A stretch of DNA of 64,000 bases from Dimorphilus gyrociliatus (lineage: Eukaryota; Animalia; Annelida): assembly GCA_904063045.1 (NCBI GenBank), contig CAJFCJ010000005.1:4374436-4438435 (forward strand). The letters run 5' to 3'. The notes under the pieces were generated by a model, which was not told where the DNA came from, searched no databases, and worked only from the letters and a program-made list of their open reading frames with translations. Shown here in pieces: positions 12,626-24,760 of this stretch (position 1 is its first letter; the number at the start of each line of letters is the position of its first letter). Made by a program: the position numbers and the translations under genes.

Positions 12626-13900
12626 TATAGAAAGAATTCTAAAAGATTTTTAGAATATTTCTTTAAAAGCAAAATATAAACCGTCTATTTTTTTATTTAT
12701 ACCTTTTCTCCACAATTTCAAAGCTCTGTATAACTACAAACAAGTCATTAATCTCATCCATTTTTCCTGTTCAACTCTTACTCTTTTTATCTTCAAAAAT
12801 CAACTACTATTATGAATGTTCATAGATGTTACTTTCGTATTTCGCCCCTTAACACTTTCTCCTCCTTCCTACGTTAATCGACGGATAGTTTATCTATTGG
12901 GAGAAGAAAACGAGACACGAAATGTGATTAAATTCGTATTGTAATCCTAGAAGAAATTCTATTAGGACAATTTTAGGTTTTCTTCTTTCTCTCTTTCCTT
13001 GTAGTGATGTCTTAGAATACTACTATTTTGTTATATAAGAGAGAGAGAGAGAGGGAGGGAGAGCGAGAGAGAGAAGACATTCAAGAGAAAGATATACAGG
13101 AATAATAAAAGATATTAATAGATCATGATTGATTTTTTTAATACAAATTGATATTTGTGATATTACTCTTTATTCATATAAATGTTAGTATACCTATGTA
13201 TACAGACACGTTTACATACATATACACATATTCTTCCCCTCTTAACCTTTTAACTCTATTCTCGTTCCTTTTGCCTTTTCCATTCTCTCTTTTAGTCTTT
13301 CTGTTCAATCAATATATTAAAAACGAATTCATTCGAAACAGCAAGGGAGATTGAAAGATTTTTAGCAGGGGTGGTAAGCAACAAACTAATGGGGCAAAAA
13401 ATATGATGTTAACGCTTCGTGGGTGTTTTAATCGTATGAGATAAAGGCCTATCTCTCTCTCTCTCTCTTCATTGTACTTTTCTCTCAAGTTAAATAAATA
13501 GTAAATCTGAACAGAGTCTCGAGAGAGTAGTTTGGACATTAATCGGAAGGGGAGGTGGAATTCTATTGAAACAAAATGAGTGGGAAGACGGGAGGAACCG
13601 TTAAGTATTGTTTAGAGAAAAATAACAAGAGACTGTTATCGAAAACTTTGAAGAAAAAAAGGGCAATAGGCCTAACTGATTAATGAATATTCAAGTTATC
13701 ATAAAAATTGATTAAAAGCGGTTACGCATAAAAGGAGATAAAATGTAAATGAATGTTTGTGTATGTATCTGATTGACATATGTTCGATATCTCACGCTCT
13801 TCGTGCCAGGTACCGCAAATCTCTACCTATTGACGCAAACAAAATCTGCAAATTTAAGGCCTTATTCATCTAATTCTTGGTTACGCTCTTAATTCAAAAC

Positions 13901-14331
13901 ATGTCTTTAACTATCAAATTTGCTATATTTTTCTCCTTTTGCTTAATTGCAAACGCCTATCCAGGTAAGTTTGTTTTGTTAATTCACTTTCTCTAACCCT
14001 TTCTCTCTCTCTCTCTCTCTCTGTATCTCTGCTATTCTAGTTTAATAGTTACATGGTATCTTTTTTTACAGGAAATCCGTTTCGTAAGGAAAATGACAGC
14101 TGTAGACCAAATAATCAATGCCAAGCAGTTGGACAAGTTTGTTGCTGGGAATTGGATCAATCCATTGGATGCTGTGAAAAAAACTTTAAATGCTGCCCTT
14201 CGCTTAGTGGAGATCGTCACAATTGCTGTCCGGTAAAAGAGTCCGAATGCAACAACAATAATGGAGCGTCTTGCTATCTTTTGAAAACAGTTTTAAAGAA
14301 AACTGGAAAAACTTCAGTAAAAGAGGATTGA
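13901..14331 (+). CDS. Small secreted granulin-like protein, copy C (exons 13901-13964, 14072-14331)
   Basis: Signal peptide MSLTIKFAIFFSFCLIANAYP, donor G|GTAAGT, then GNPFRKENDSCRPNNQCQAVGQVCCWELDQSIGCCEKNFKCCPSLSGDRHNCCPVKESECNNNNGASCYLLKTV...*. Confidence 0.85.
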
Positions 14332-15548
14332 TTTTAAAACAAAAAGTCTAATAGAAAAAAAGAGAGAGAGAGGCCATGGCTTGATTTTTATCTAAAATAG
14401 AATAAAAAAGATTGAACAAGACTCTACAGATATTTCTATCCCGTCTCTCTCTCTCTCTCTCTCCCTCTCTGTCTCCCTCTTTTGATTGCTAACATATGTG
14501 AGGGGTACACTCATTTATTTGCTGTACTCTCCTTCATCGTAATTTTTCTACTCTTACTCCTACTCCTACTCCTGCACAACAACTAATTTTTACTTAAACT
14601 ATCTTTTTATTCTCTTAAAAAAGAGATAGAAAACAGTTAAAGGAAGAAATAAATGATCAAGTTTTCTATTCCTTTTTTGACTGAATGAAATACAAAAGTT
14701 TCGATTGGTAGAAGGTCTTTAGGCCTCATTTAAATATCAGTTTATATATATATTATATATAAATAATAAAAATATAGCTTTAATTTTATCTTTAATCTTA
14801 TTTTTAAAATATTTTTTATATCTAAATAAAAGAACCGAGTCTTTTGATTTGTTCATTTTTCTCTATCTTTCCTCTCTCTCTCTCTCTCTCTATCTCTCGT
14901 CTTGAGCTCTTTCAAATTCAACTTTCTATCAAGTTTATATGCTATCTATATTTTAAGTATCCGCATTAAAAACAAGAAGCTAAAAAAACAGGTTATGCAA
15001 TCTTTTCGTCCTATTCCTCCTACTTGTCTTAGTCATTCCTAATCCAATCTATGTTACCATGACAAAGAGTCGGCCTAGGATAAAACTGAACTGAAATATA
15101 GATGCCTAGAAATTATAGTTCAATAGTAAAATCTGACGAAAAGAAAGAGAAGTGTAACAAGCGGGATAGACAATGATCTATGGAGATAAAAGATGGCTCT
15201 TTGATACATTCTCTCCAAGACTATAAATAGGTATGTATCATACGGTATGTATGTATATTTATTTGGCTTGTTGATATAGTAAAAACTAAACGGGAGCGCA
15301 AAGTGGAAACTTTAACTGCGTCGCCTAGTCGTTAAGTGATAAAAATAGCAGATGTCGCATTACATGTACCTAATTTTTGTACGCTTTTTTTTCCAAATAT
15401 ACATCATTTTGACCCAGATTTTAAATATGAATAAATTCTGATGTAACGATGATAGCTATCTTATTATTTCCTCAACTCTTATTCTGGAAACTAGTTCTTC
15501 CGATTTCCCTTTCTTTTTCTTTGCATTTAGAGAAATCCAGCTAATAAA

Positions 15549-15993
15549 ATGTTTTCAAAAGCAATCCTACTGTTCTTTTTACTCTTTTGCTTCTTCTTCT
15601 CTCTTCACCAAGCAAGGATGATTAGCAATTTACAAGAAACCACTCCACAATTTGGTAATTGCAGGTAAGCGTGAACAGCTTGAATGAATGAACGATTCAG
15701 ACAATTAATTGAACGAAATTGATAAATATAAGATAGAACCAATTGTAAATCCATTTTTGGATTAAAATACTCTTTTCCCCTCGGCTATTCCCTATTATAG
15801 ACCAGACAACACTTGCTCGATACAAGGTGAAATTTGCTGTTGGGAAAGCAATACAGTTAGCGGTTGTTGTGAAACCGGATATAAATGTTGCCCCTCCCAA
15901 TCAGGAAGTGCGCACGATTGTTGCCCAGAAAGTGATGAAACTTGTCAAGGATCGCAATGCTATTTGGCCAAAGTTTATAAAAATTACAATTAA
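15549..15993 (+). CDS. Small secreted granulin-like protein, copy D (exons 15549-15664, 15801-15993); absent from the ORF track
   Basis: MFSKAILLFFLLFCFFFSLHQARMISNLQETTPQFGNC(R)|PDNTCSIQGEICCWESNTVSGCCETGYKCCPSQSGSAHDCCPESDETCQGSQCYLAKVYKNYN*; phase-2 GT-AG intron. Confidence 0.85.
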
Positions 15994-18206
15994 TAAAGGA
16001 TAAGAAAAAGGGAAGAGAAGATAAGGAAGAAAATGAAGAAGAAGAAGAAGAAAAACAGCAATAATATTTAAAACCAAACCAAATAAAATATGATGATAAT
16101 TTTAGAATTGGAATTTTATTGATTTTTAAGGATTTTCTCTCTTTCCTCTCCTCTTTTTCTCTTCTCTCTTTTATTTGTTTTACATTTTTCACATCAATAC
16201 GCTTTTTCATTAAAATAAATACAATTTAGTTAAATAAAACAATCCTTCAGTCTTCGCCTATCCATCTATTTAAGTGATTTTGATATCTTCTTTATCATCT
16301 TCATTCTTCTTTCATATTAATGGAGGAAGGGAGAGGGAATAAATCAAAGTAATCTTATTAAATATGAACGCTTGGAAGGGAAAAACAAATATTCAACAGA
16401 TGGTAAAGAATAAATTAAACTAGTGGGTGTGTTCAGGGCAGTGTATCCTTTTTTAATATTAACAAAGCCAATAGATTAGTACTACTATACACTGTATCTA
16501 CACATTTCGTTGATGTGTTGAACGATGGCCAAATTTTTCAATTCTCCTTTCCTCCTATACGAGTAATAGGACAGAATATACAACATACAAACACTTGCAG
16601 ACTCTTTCTTGGCTTTAGAATAGTCATTATCGCTTTATTTATTTTTATTATTATTGTTATTATAGTTGCTTTTTATCTTATTGTTGTTTTCTTTATAAAA
16701 CTATATTATAGTGTATATACGAGATCCTATTCAATCATTAAATGAGCATGCTTTGTCTTCCTTGTCTCTTGCGTTTCCTTTAAACAGTTTACTTAATTTC
16801 TATTCATAGAAACATTGTATTTTTAATCAAAAGAAAGTTAATTTTAACTCTTTTGTCTGGCCTTTTTTGTTATTTATAGCGATGATACTTAAACCTATAC
16901 AGTATAAACTAATATATAATTATATTATATACACAGTATATATATATATATATATATATATTTGTATTTGTCTACTAAAGGAGAGAAAGATGAAGGAATT
17001 GCTTTAACTAATCTTTAAATCTTTTATATACGAGGATCCACTATAAGAAATATATTCAATTAAAAATAAACTGCTTTTCTCAAGGCTTGTAGTAAGTTAG
17101 AAAATATCGTTCAAGTGGCACTTGATCGGTGATATTGAGAGATAATTAAAGATTATATGTATCTATCTAACTATCTCTTTATTCTCTCTTTTACTAATTT
17201 TAATCTATAGTCTTTTCAATTGTAGTCAAGATGACTAGTAAATACAAATAAACTAGACGATATATTCCATTGTATAAACATTTCTTCTACCTCTTTTTTA
17301 CGTTGAGTAAAACTACTACGACTACTACTGGTAGTAGTATTACTACCAGTTTTACCACAGATATTCACTTGATACTATTTATCCCCATCCTTCTCTTAAT
17401 TCACTTGAAATCAATTCATTCTTTTTGTCTGAGTCATTCGTTAAACAGACCTTAAATGAGATAGCAGAATTTAGAAACATGACGTCAAAATACATAATCT
17501 CATTAGTAAATTGAAAAAGATAGTCAACCTGCAGACTTTTCAGATTGTTTTCGTTGAAAAGGCAAAAATAAAACTTTATACTGTATCTTTAATATAGATA
17601 AAAAATAACAAAACCAGAATTGCGACCACACCTCTCTCTCTCTCTCTCTCTCTTATTTTAACCTTTTAGACTTCATATGATTATTTTCTTTCTTTTTAGA
17701 TTTTCTCTTCTAGTGCCGACAACTATTTGAAAAAGTGTAATTAACTTTATTATAAGAATTAATCTACTTTAAAAGTTAAATTATGCCTTTAGAAAAAATA
17801 TTTCAAAGTAATAATTGAAAGAAAAGGACAGGTAAAAGTATAGAGGAACAGAGATAGATAGATAGATAGAGAGAAAGAGAAGAGAGAAAATGAATTAGTA
17901 CAAAAATATTTCACAAAGGTAACTCGTCAGTGTAAGAAAAGCTGTTGGTTTTCAGATTAAGCATTACGAATAAAGATCGAAATGGCCGCTTTATGTAAGA
18001 TTACTCTTTCTCGCAGACTAAACATCTATTCAAGCATATTTTAAGGAGCAACTTTACTATTCTTAAACAAATAAAATAAACAGTTAAGCAATAATGCCAT
18101 TTCACTTAAAAATCGTTTATTATTCAACATAGAAAAACTGATTCAATACAAAAGAAATTGTCTGCCAATATTCTTCAAAAACTAGTGTCAACCTTTTATT
18201 CTTTAG

Positions 18207-18237
<31 letters not shown>

Positions 18238-18770
18238 CAAGATATACTGTATATATATATAATATACATACTTTAAGTCATATTAACTTTGTCTGACTGA
18301 CCACACCCTGATTTAAATTGACTATAATTTTGTTCATTGTAAATTGAATTCGACCTATATATCCGAAACTATTACATCCTTTGATACCCTTCCCAAAAAA
18401 GCCAACAACAACAATTTCCCGTGGTTGTAATCGAAATCTCTCGATTTCCATTATGGATTATATCTTATCTGAAGTGGCTTATTAAAGAGAAAATTTTATC
18501 TCTTAGCTCTCCAATTAAACATGATTATTCAACAAATAACGTGAAATCATTGCACAATGTATGTATTTGAAAACATCTCTGTCTCGTCATATTATTGATG
18601 GACATCCATTTCTCCTAGTATAGGATAAATTTCAGAGTGAGGTCATACAGTATGTAGTTCTTTAATAAACTGCACTCCTCCCAGATAAAAAGAAATTAAC
18701 TTTATCGAATACATAAAATATTCTTATCTTATCGAGATATCTTAGATTACGCTTAATTAGTATTAGCCCT

Positions 18771-18777
18771 TATAAAA
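18771..18777 (+). promoter_or_regulatory. Candidate TATA box of the CBM14-(GS)n gene
   Basis: TATAAAA about 70 nt upstream of ATG 18845; common by chance in AT-rich DNA. Confidence 0.35.
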
Positions 18778-18844
18778 TCAATGGATTTTAAGCGATTTCA
18801 ATTTACTTTATCTTTTGACAGCAGTTGCAGTTGAAAAGTGAAAA

Positions 18845-19696
18845 ATGAAACTAGTTTTTATTTCTGTTCTTTTATCTATTGGTTTGTCTTTAACCTTGCT
18901 TAGCTTTACCTTGAAAATACTTTATCTAAACTTTTTCTTTTCCCTATTGTCTCATCAACAAATAAAGCTACTTGCTATGCCAATGAATGTATTGGTAAAC
19001 CAGACGGAACGCATGTTAATCAGGCTTGCAATTACTACGTCGAATGTCGTAATCAACAAGAATACCCTTTCTATTGTAATCCCCCATTGGTTTATAATCA
19101 TTTAAAACGAAGATGTGACAAGTATGTTGTGTTCAATAGGCTGTTCACTTTTGCTTAAAACATTTCTTTACCTTAGTCCAGAAAGTACTCCTCCTCCATG
19201 TGGACAACAAGAGAATTGCGATTCCCTACCCGATGGAAAATATCCCATTCTACGATTCCAATGCAGATGTTATTTCACCTGTAGATCATCTATAAATATA
19301 GGAACCCAATGCTGTCCGGGTGGTTTGTAAAATACTTTCAATTTTTAAATACAGTGAAATGATGGAATGAAATTTCTTTCAATAGGTTTGGTTTGGGATA
19401 TATTTTCCGGAGTTTGTAATTGGGATTATCAGGTTCCTCCACCGTGCGGAACCAAACCAGTGCCAACGCCTCCAGTCGAAACAACGTCTACTCCAGTCAA
19501 AACAACGTCTGCTCCAGCCGAAACAACGTCTTCTCCTGCGGAAACAACAACTATGGGAAGCTCAGGTTCAGGATCAGGCTCAGGTTCAGGATCAGGCTCA
19601 GGTTCAGGATCAGGCTCAGGTTCAGGATCAGGCTCAGGTTCAGGCTCAACTTCAAATTTTGACACAAATTTCGATGAATTTGTATTGATAAATTAA
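18845..19696 (+). CDS. Secreted chitin-binding protein: signal peptide, 2x peritrophin-A (CBM14), Thr/Pro linker, Ser-Gly repeat tail (exons 18845-18881, 18968-19121, 19177-19322, 19386-19696)
   Basis: Domain 1: CIGKPDGTHVNQACNYYVECRNQQEYPFYCNPPLVYNHLKRRCD. Domain 2: CDSLPDGKYPILRFQCRCYFTCRSSINIGTQCCPGGLVWDIFSGVCNWD, with the typical CBM14 ending CPxGLVW...CxW. All splice sites GT-AG and in frame. Confidence 0.88.
19562..19648 (+). repeat. Coding 18-bp tandem repeat (TCAGGTTCAGGATCAGGC)x4 plus a partial unit, encoding (SG)n
   Basis: Read directly; in frame within exon 4 of the CBM14 gene. Confidence 0.95.
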
Positions 19697-20010
19697 GTTT
19701 TGAAATAGGAAATTAAACTGTATATTGTATATAATAATATTAGAGAGAAGATATTCTTTAGGAAGATGTTTGAAATCTTTCTACTCCTTTATCTCTCTAT
19801 CTATCTATATTTGTCGTTTCTTTCTCGTCTCTTTGCAACCTGCAGAGAGAAGAGAAAGAAAGACAGAGAGAGAGAGAGAGAGAAATAAGCTATGTACCTT
19901 TTTAAATTAATAGATAATTCTAATAATACTTCATTAATTGAATAAAGAAGAATAATAGTAATCTTAAAGAAAAACTTGTTTCTAGATTTAATAGTAAATT
20001 CAGTAAATTT

Positions 20011-20025
20011 CCTGTAGATGGCAGC
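20011..20025 (+). promoter_or_regulatory. CTCF-like motif
   Basis: CCTGTAGATGGCAGC versus core consensus CC(A/G)(C/G)(C/T)AG(A/G)(T/G)GGC(A/G)(C/G)(C/T): one mismatch. Confidence 0.45.
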
Positions 20026-20637
20026 GTTGTTTAAAATAAGTCTATTGTTAACAAAAGTGAAAGTTATTTAACAATAGGAGGATGAATGGTTATTGATGAT
20101 AGAATGTTTCTATTTTAAAGAATTAACGAATTATGTAAAAAACAAGAAGAACAAAATGAATAGATTTATAGATTTTTTAATTAGTTTGTTTCTTTGTTTC
20201 ATTTGTTTTTAGATGAACAAAAATTTATTGATTTTTTTTTTTAAAAAAAAAATCTATTCCTTTTTTTTTTGGTTTTATTTTGTAAACTTTTTCTAAATTG
20301 ATAAGAAAAAAAGAAAAACAGGCTTAAAGCATTTACTCTGTTAGGCTTCAATTTGATCTATCTACAGTATGAGATGGAAGGCTAAATTTCGGAGAGGGTC
20401 AAAAGGAAAATAGTAGGGAGAGAGAGATGGGAGGGAGTGTTAATTTATATCTCTTCCTCTCCCCCCTAAATGTACAAGTATGTGATTAGTCAGATCTCTA
20501 TTGTATAGTTATTATCTCCGTTTATTAGATATTACATAATAGATGACGAAAGCTACCGATAGAATAAGATCGGTAACAGTTCTATAAAATAGCATTCATT
20601 TAAAATTCACTTTACGTATCATCGATTTCAATTTCGA

Positions 20638-20652
20638 CAAGCAGGTGGCGCT
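20638..20652 (+). promoter_or_regulatory. CTCF-like motif
   Basis: CAAGCAGGTGGCGCT versus CCAGCAGGTGGCGCT: one mismatch; same orientation as the site at 20011. Confidence 0.5.
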
Positions 20653-21817
20653 CTATGTTAAAAGTTCTTTAAAAAAGGATTTTTAAGGACTGATATATCT
20701 TATGCACGAAGGAAAATAATGATTTTTATTTACTTGATTAGTTTAGCTTCTCTCTCATTTTAATCTTTGTAAACTCTCCAATCTTTTATAATCTTTAGAA
20801 GATCTCTTCTCTTTCTCTCGTCTCTTCCTCTTTATTCTTCAGTGTCTAATTATCACTTGACTTGACTTTTAGAGATTTTGGCAGAAAGTTTTTTATTAAT
20901 GATGTCCGTAGTGGCCTTGTTTCTTAGCTTTAGTCAATAGGCATGTCTATGAAATGCAAATGGACACGTTACATCCATTCGGACATATTTGTTTTTATAG
21001 TTGATTCTATTCCTCCATCAACGTCTGGAAGAATCATCGATTACTTTGCAAAGAATGCAGCATATAGTTGGCAGAGAGAAAGCTAAAAGAGATGACGATT
21101 CAATCTCTGTACATTTAAAAGACTACCTACACCTAATACCTGACTACATTTAAACTTTAAACCATCATATACAGTAAACTGAATTGTGCAGAAAACAACC
21201 TTACCCTTTATTCTTTATACCCTAGAACTGAGACACATTCCCAAGTCTTTTCAGTTAACCCTTTCCTAACCTAGCCAAATCCTCAATTAAATTCTCCTAA
21301 CAGTATGAATATCTGGAATATCTGAAATCTTACGATGAATTCTCCCATGAGGAGGAGGAGGAGAAGAGGACATTTTCTCTATCATTTAGAGATAATAATT
21401 ATAGGGAAGAATTAACAATTGATACTATACAGTATAGATATATCCGGTATATTGAATATCTATGGTTGCAATACCAGGAAGAAGAGAGAGAGAAAAGGTG
21501 AGAAATATTGCAAGTGTATATTAAAATCCTTTAAGGCAAACATTAAGAAAATGTATATTTTTATATTAAGAGAAATAGAAAAGAAAGCTAGAAATATCAC
21601 TCCAAAATACATTATGATTAGTAGTAGTATAGAGGTAAAACATCAAAGAAAGAAGAGAGGTTTTATCTTTATTATCTTTTAACTCTTCCTCTTATTCTCC
21701 TTCTTAAAATTTTTCTCAAGAAAAATCTCTATATAGTATTAAATAAAAACAAAAACGCTTGTCTGCTTTTTTCCTCTCCTTTGACTTTGCCGTCTACTTG
21801 TTTTGTTTCATTCTCTT

Positions 21818-23325
21818 TCAGTTCTTCGGACCGAAGGCATTCATGAGTTCTAGATAAGAAATATAAAGTTAGGAACAGTTAAACGAATAGGAAATGCTTT
21901 AGTTTCATTCTCTTTCTAAAACTTACCAATCGGTAGAGGGAATATGATGGTGGAATTCTTTTCTGCTGATATTTGCGTTAGAGTTTGAAGATATCGGAGT
22001 TGGAGAGCTCCCGTAGCCTCGTTTATAACATCGGCTGCTTCTTTCAATGCTCTAGAGGCGTTTTGTTCACCTTCCGCCGCGATAACCTTTGCTCTAGCGT
22101 CCCTGGTCGCTTCTGCCTCTGCCGCCATAGCCCTTTGTAGTTGAACAGGTAGTCGTACATCCTTAATTTCAACCCTTTCAACTTTAACACCCCATGGATC
22201 AGTACCTAATGGGAAGAGACAAATTTGAAGAATGTCTTAGATGGATAATTGGTAGAAGAAGAGGAAGAGGAAGAGGAAGAAGAAGAAGCAGACGAATGTG
22301 ATAAAGAAAAACAACCAAAGACTATACAACAAAAAGGTGACTCGCAGTGGTTTACTTTCTAGCAGAAACTTACCCTCATCAAGGACAATCTGAAGATGAA
22401 ATAAAACAATATATAGAGTAAAAATTCAAGATTATATAGTAGAGTATTGGATAGCAGAATAAAAGAGAAGCAGTCTACTTGTACAGTCTACAACTGTTGC
22501 ATATACAATATACTGTATATTGTATTCATTTAAATAAAGGTACATTTTACTGGATTTGTTTTATTTAGTGTCTGATTCTGTCATTCAATATTTACCTGCA
22601 TATTATTCGCTACTGTTTCCCTTTCTGTTAGAATATCGCTTAGCGTTTTTGTTCCTAAAATATTTCTTAATGTTGTTTGGGCTAAAAGGCGAGTTGATCT
22701 GGAACAATCTTCCACATTCACTACGGAAATCATTGGATTCGAAATTTTATAATAAACAACTGCATCAACCGCAATTGTTACCGAATCCTTTGTTAGAATC
22801 TCTTGAGGTGGAACGTCAAAGGAAACCGTACGCAAATCAACTTTGACAAAATGATCCAAACAGGGTATAATAAAGAATATTCCGGGTCCTCTAGACCCGG
22901 AAAGAACTCTTCCAAGTCTAAACATAACCGCTCTTTCGTATTCCTGTACGAGCTTTACGCACATGAATATTGAAATTGGAAAAGTTAAAAAGATAAGAAG
23001 GAGTGAAATTCCTTTCAGGATTATCTAGTAGCGGGAAAAGAATTATTCATTTAAGTTATAGCTGAAGAAGGAATAGAATAATTAGATAATTATACTGTAG
23101 ACTTACACCGCAACATCCAAGACTGCCTCCTCCTCCCTTGATCGTAACATTGTCGTCTGATTAATTTACAGAGTTAGGTTATTGAAAAAAAGAAAAGAGA
23201 AGAGGAAGAAAAGCATTTTTGTTTAAAAGTTGTAACTTTTTCAATTAGAAAAAGAAACGTATAGAAGATTTAAATAAGATTATTTCTGCATAGCTAACTG
23301 ATCATTTACCTTTCGAATTATCCAT
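21818..23325 (-). CDS. STOM: Stomatin/band-7 (SPFH) protein, paralog 1 (exons 23325-23310, 23156-23107, 23024-22596, 22389-22374, 22205-21927, 21849-21818)
   Basis: GCCG, hairpin segment [10 protein letters not shown], then [14 protein letters not shown]...[31 protein letters not shown]...[23 protein letters not shown]...LQLRYLQTL...[12 protein letters not shown]. Complete reading frame with two 16-nt micro-exons. Family-level symbol. Confidence 0.92.
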
Positions 23326-24760
23326 TCCAGCTAGTCAAAGAGTTTTAAATCTTTCATTCACCCTCTCTCTGTTCCTCTCCCGATCAAGAGATGTTTACAA
23401 TTAATTATATAAATTATGGTTCTAGTCTGGTTTATCCTCGCGCTGTAGTTTACCCTATTGAATTTTCCTCTTGGAGCAGGTAACACATTCGACTAGAGGG
23501 GTGTGGTTCCCTGATCAATAATTTATGTAATTATTTTCTTTTTAATTCTGTGCCTTTTTTTCTTTTTTACCTTTTGCATTTATACTCAAAACAGTGATTC
23601 CTTAATGTCTATGCATGCTTGCATGATTTCATTCCAAACAAATTAATTTACTTAATAAGGTCATCTCTCTTTTCCCATTTAATTTATATTATTCATTTAT
23701 ATATACAGTATACTGTATATGAATGTAAAGTACAATCTAGAGAATTAATCTCTTTAGTCCTATATCTACCTTTGGAAAATTCTCTTGCTTTTTGGTTTTT
23801 TATATTTCATATTTTTTCAACATTCAATATAAGGATTCTCTTTACTATTCTCCTTAATAAATGTTACATTTATTAATATCTAGTACAGTGTGAGACATCT
23901 ACTGTGTAATTTGTATATGCCGTATATATACCTTATATACGCTATTCTTTATAGCTGTTAGCTCAATAGAGCCTATTTCTCAGCCTGTCTAATGGATTTC
24001 TTTTGTTTTCTAAAGGCAATGTCGCTATCTTGTTAAAAAAATTAGAATGTAAACGTCAGTTGAAATGAATATTTAGTAACGATACTACTCTACAAACAAT
24101 TAGAATGCTTGTACGGATAATTTATACGCTTTCTTTAACATGTTTTAATAAGATATCTTCACCTGGTCTTTCTTTCCTTCTCCTTTTCGAATGCAGGGTA
24201 ACAGTCTTTAGACTACTCAAATTCGAAATGGAAAATTTTCACCAAGTTCATCTATTTTTTATTTCAATTCGAATTTAAAGCTTCGATATTTCCGGTTATT
24301 AACACAAAAAACAATAACGCATTTCTCCGACCTCTCGACTGACCTAGTTAAAAACATCACAATAAGCATTAATTCAATTTTTTTTTATTATCAAAAATTC
24401 CACAAGTGTTTTACTTATTACGATTAATGGAGATAAAAATTGGAGAGAAATAGGACTACAGTTGAAAGCGATTGTCTCATTAAAATGACAATAACCGTCT
24501 TTTAAGAAGGAAAAATGCGAATTTAGGAAGAGAGAAAGAGAAAGAACGTCTTGGAAAATATGAAAAAGAAAATGGGTAATCATTCGATAATAAGTCACTA
24601 ATTCGTAATATTTTGCTCTTAATCTTATCATAAAGATATTTACTATTATCAATAGCGATAAGAGAAAGAATTCATACTTAAATAAAGAGAGTAAAATCAA
24701 TTAAATCAATTAATCAACACTGCTGTAAAGTTGTTTGGGTATACTTTTGAATATACAAAC

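Noticed and set aside
19420-19665. ORFs with (RFRIRL)n on + and (EPEPD)n on -
   Set aside because: Alternative-frame and antisense readings of the 18-bp SG-coding repeat; only the SG frame is continuous with the CBM14 exons.
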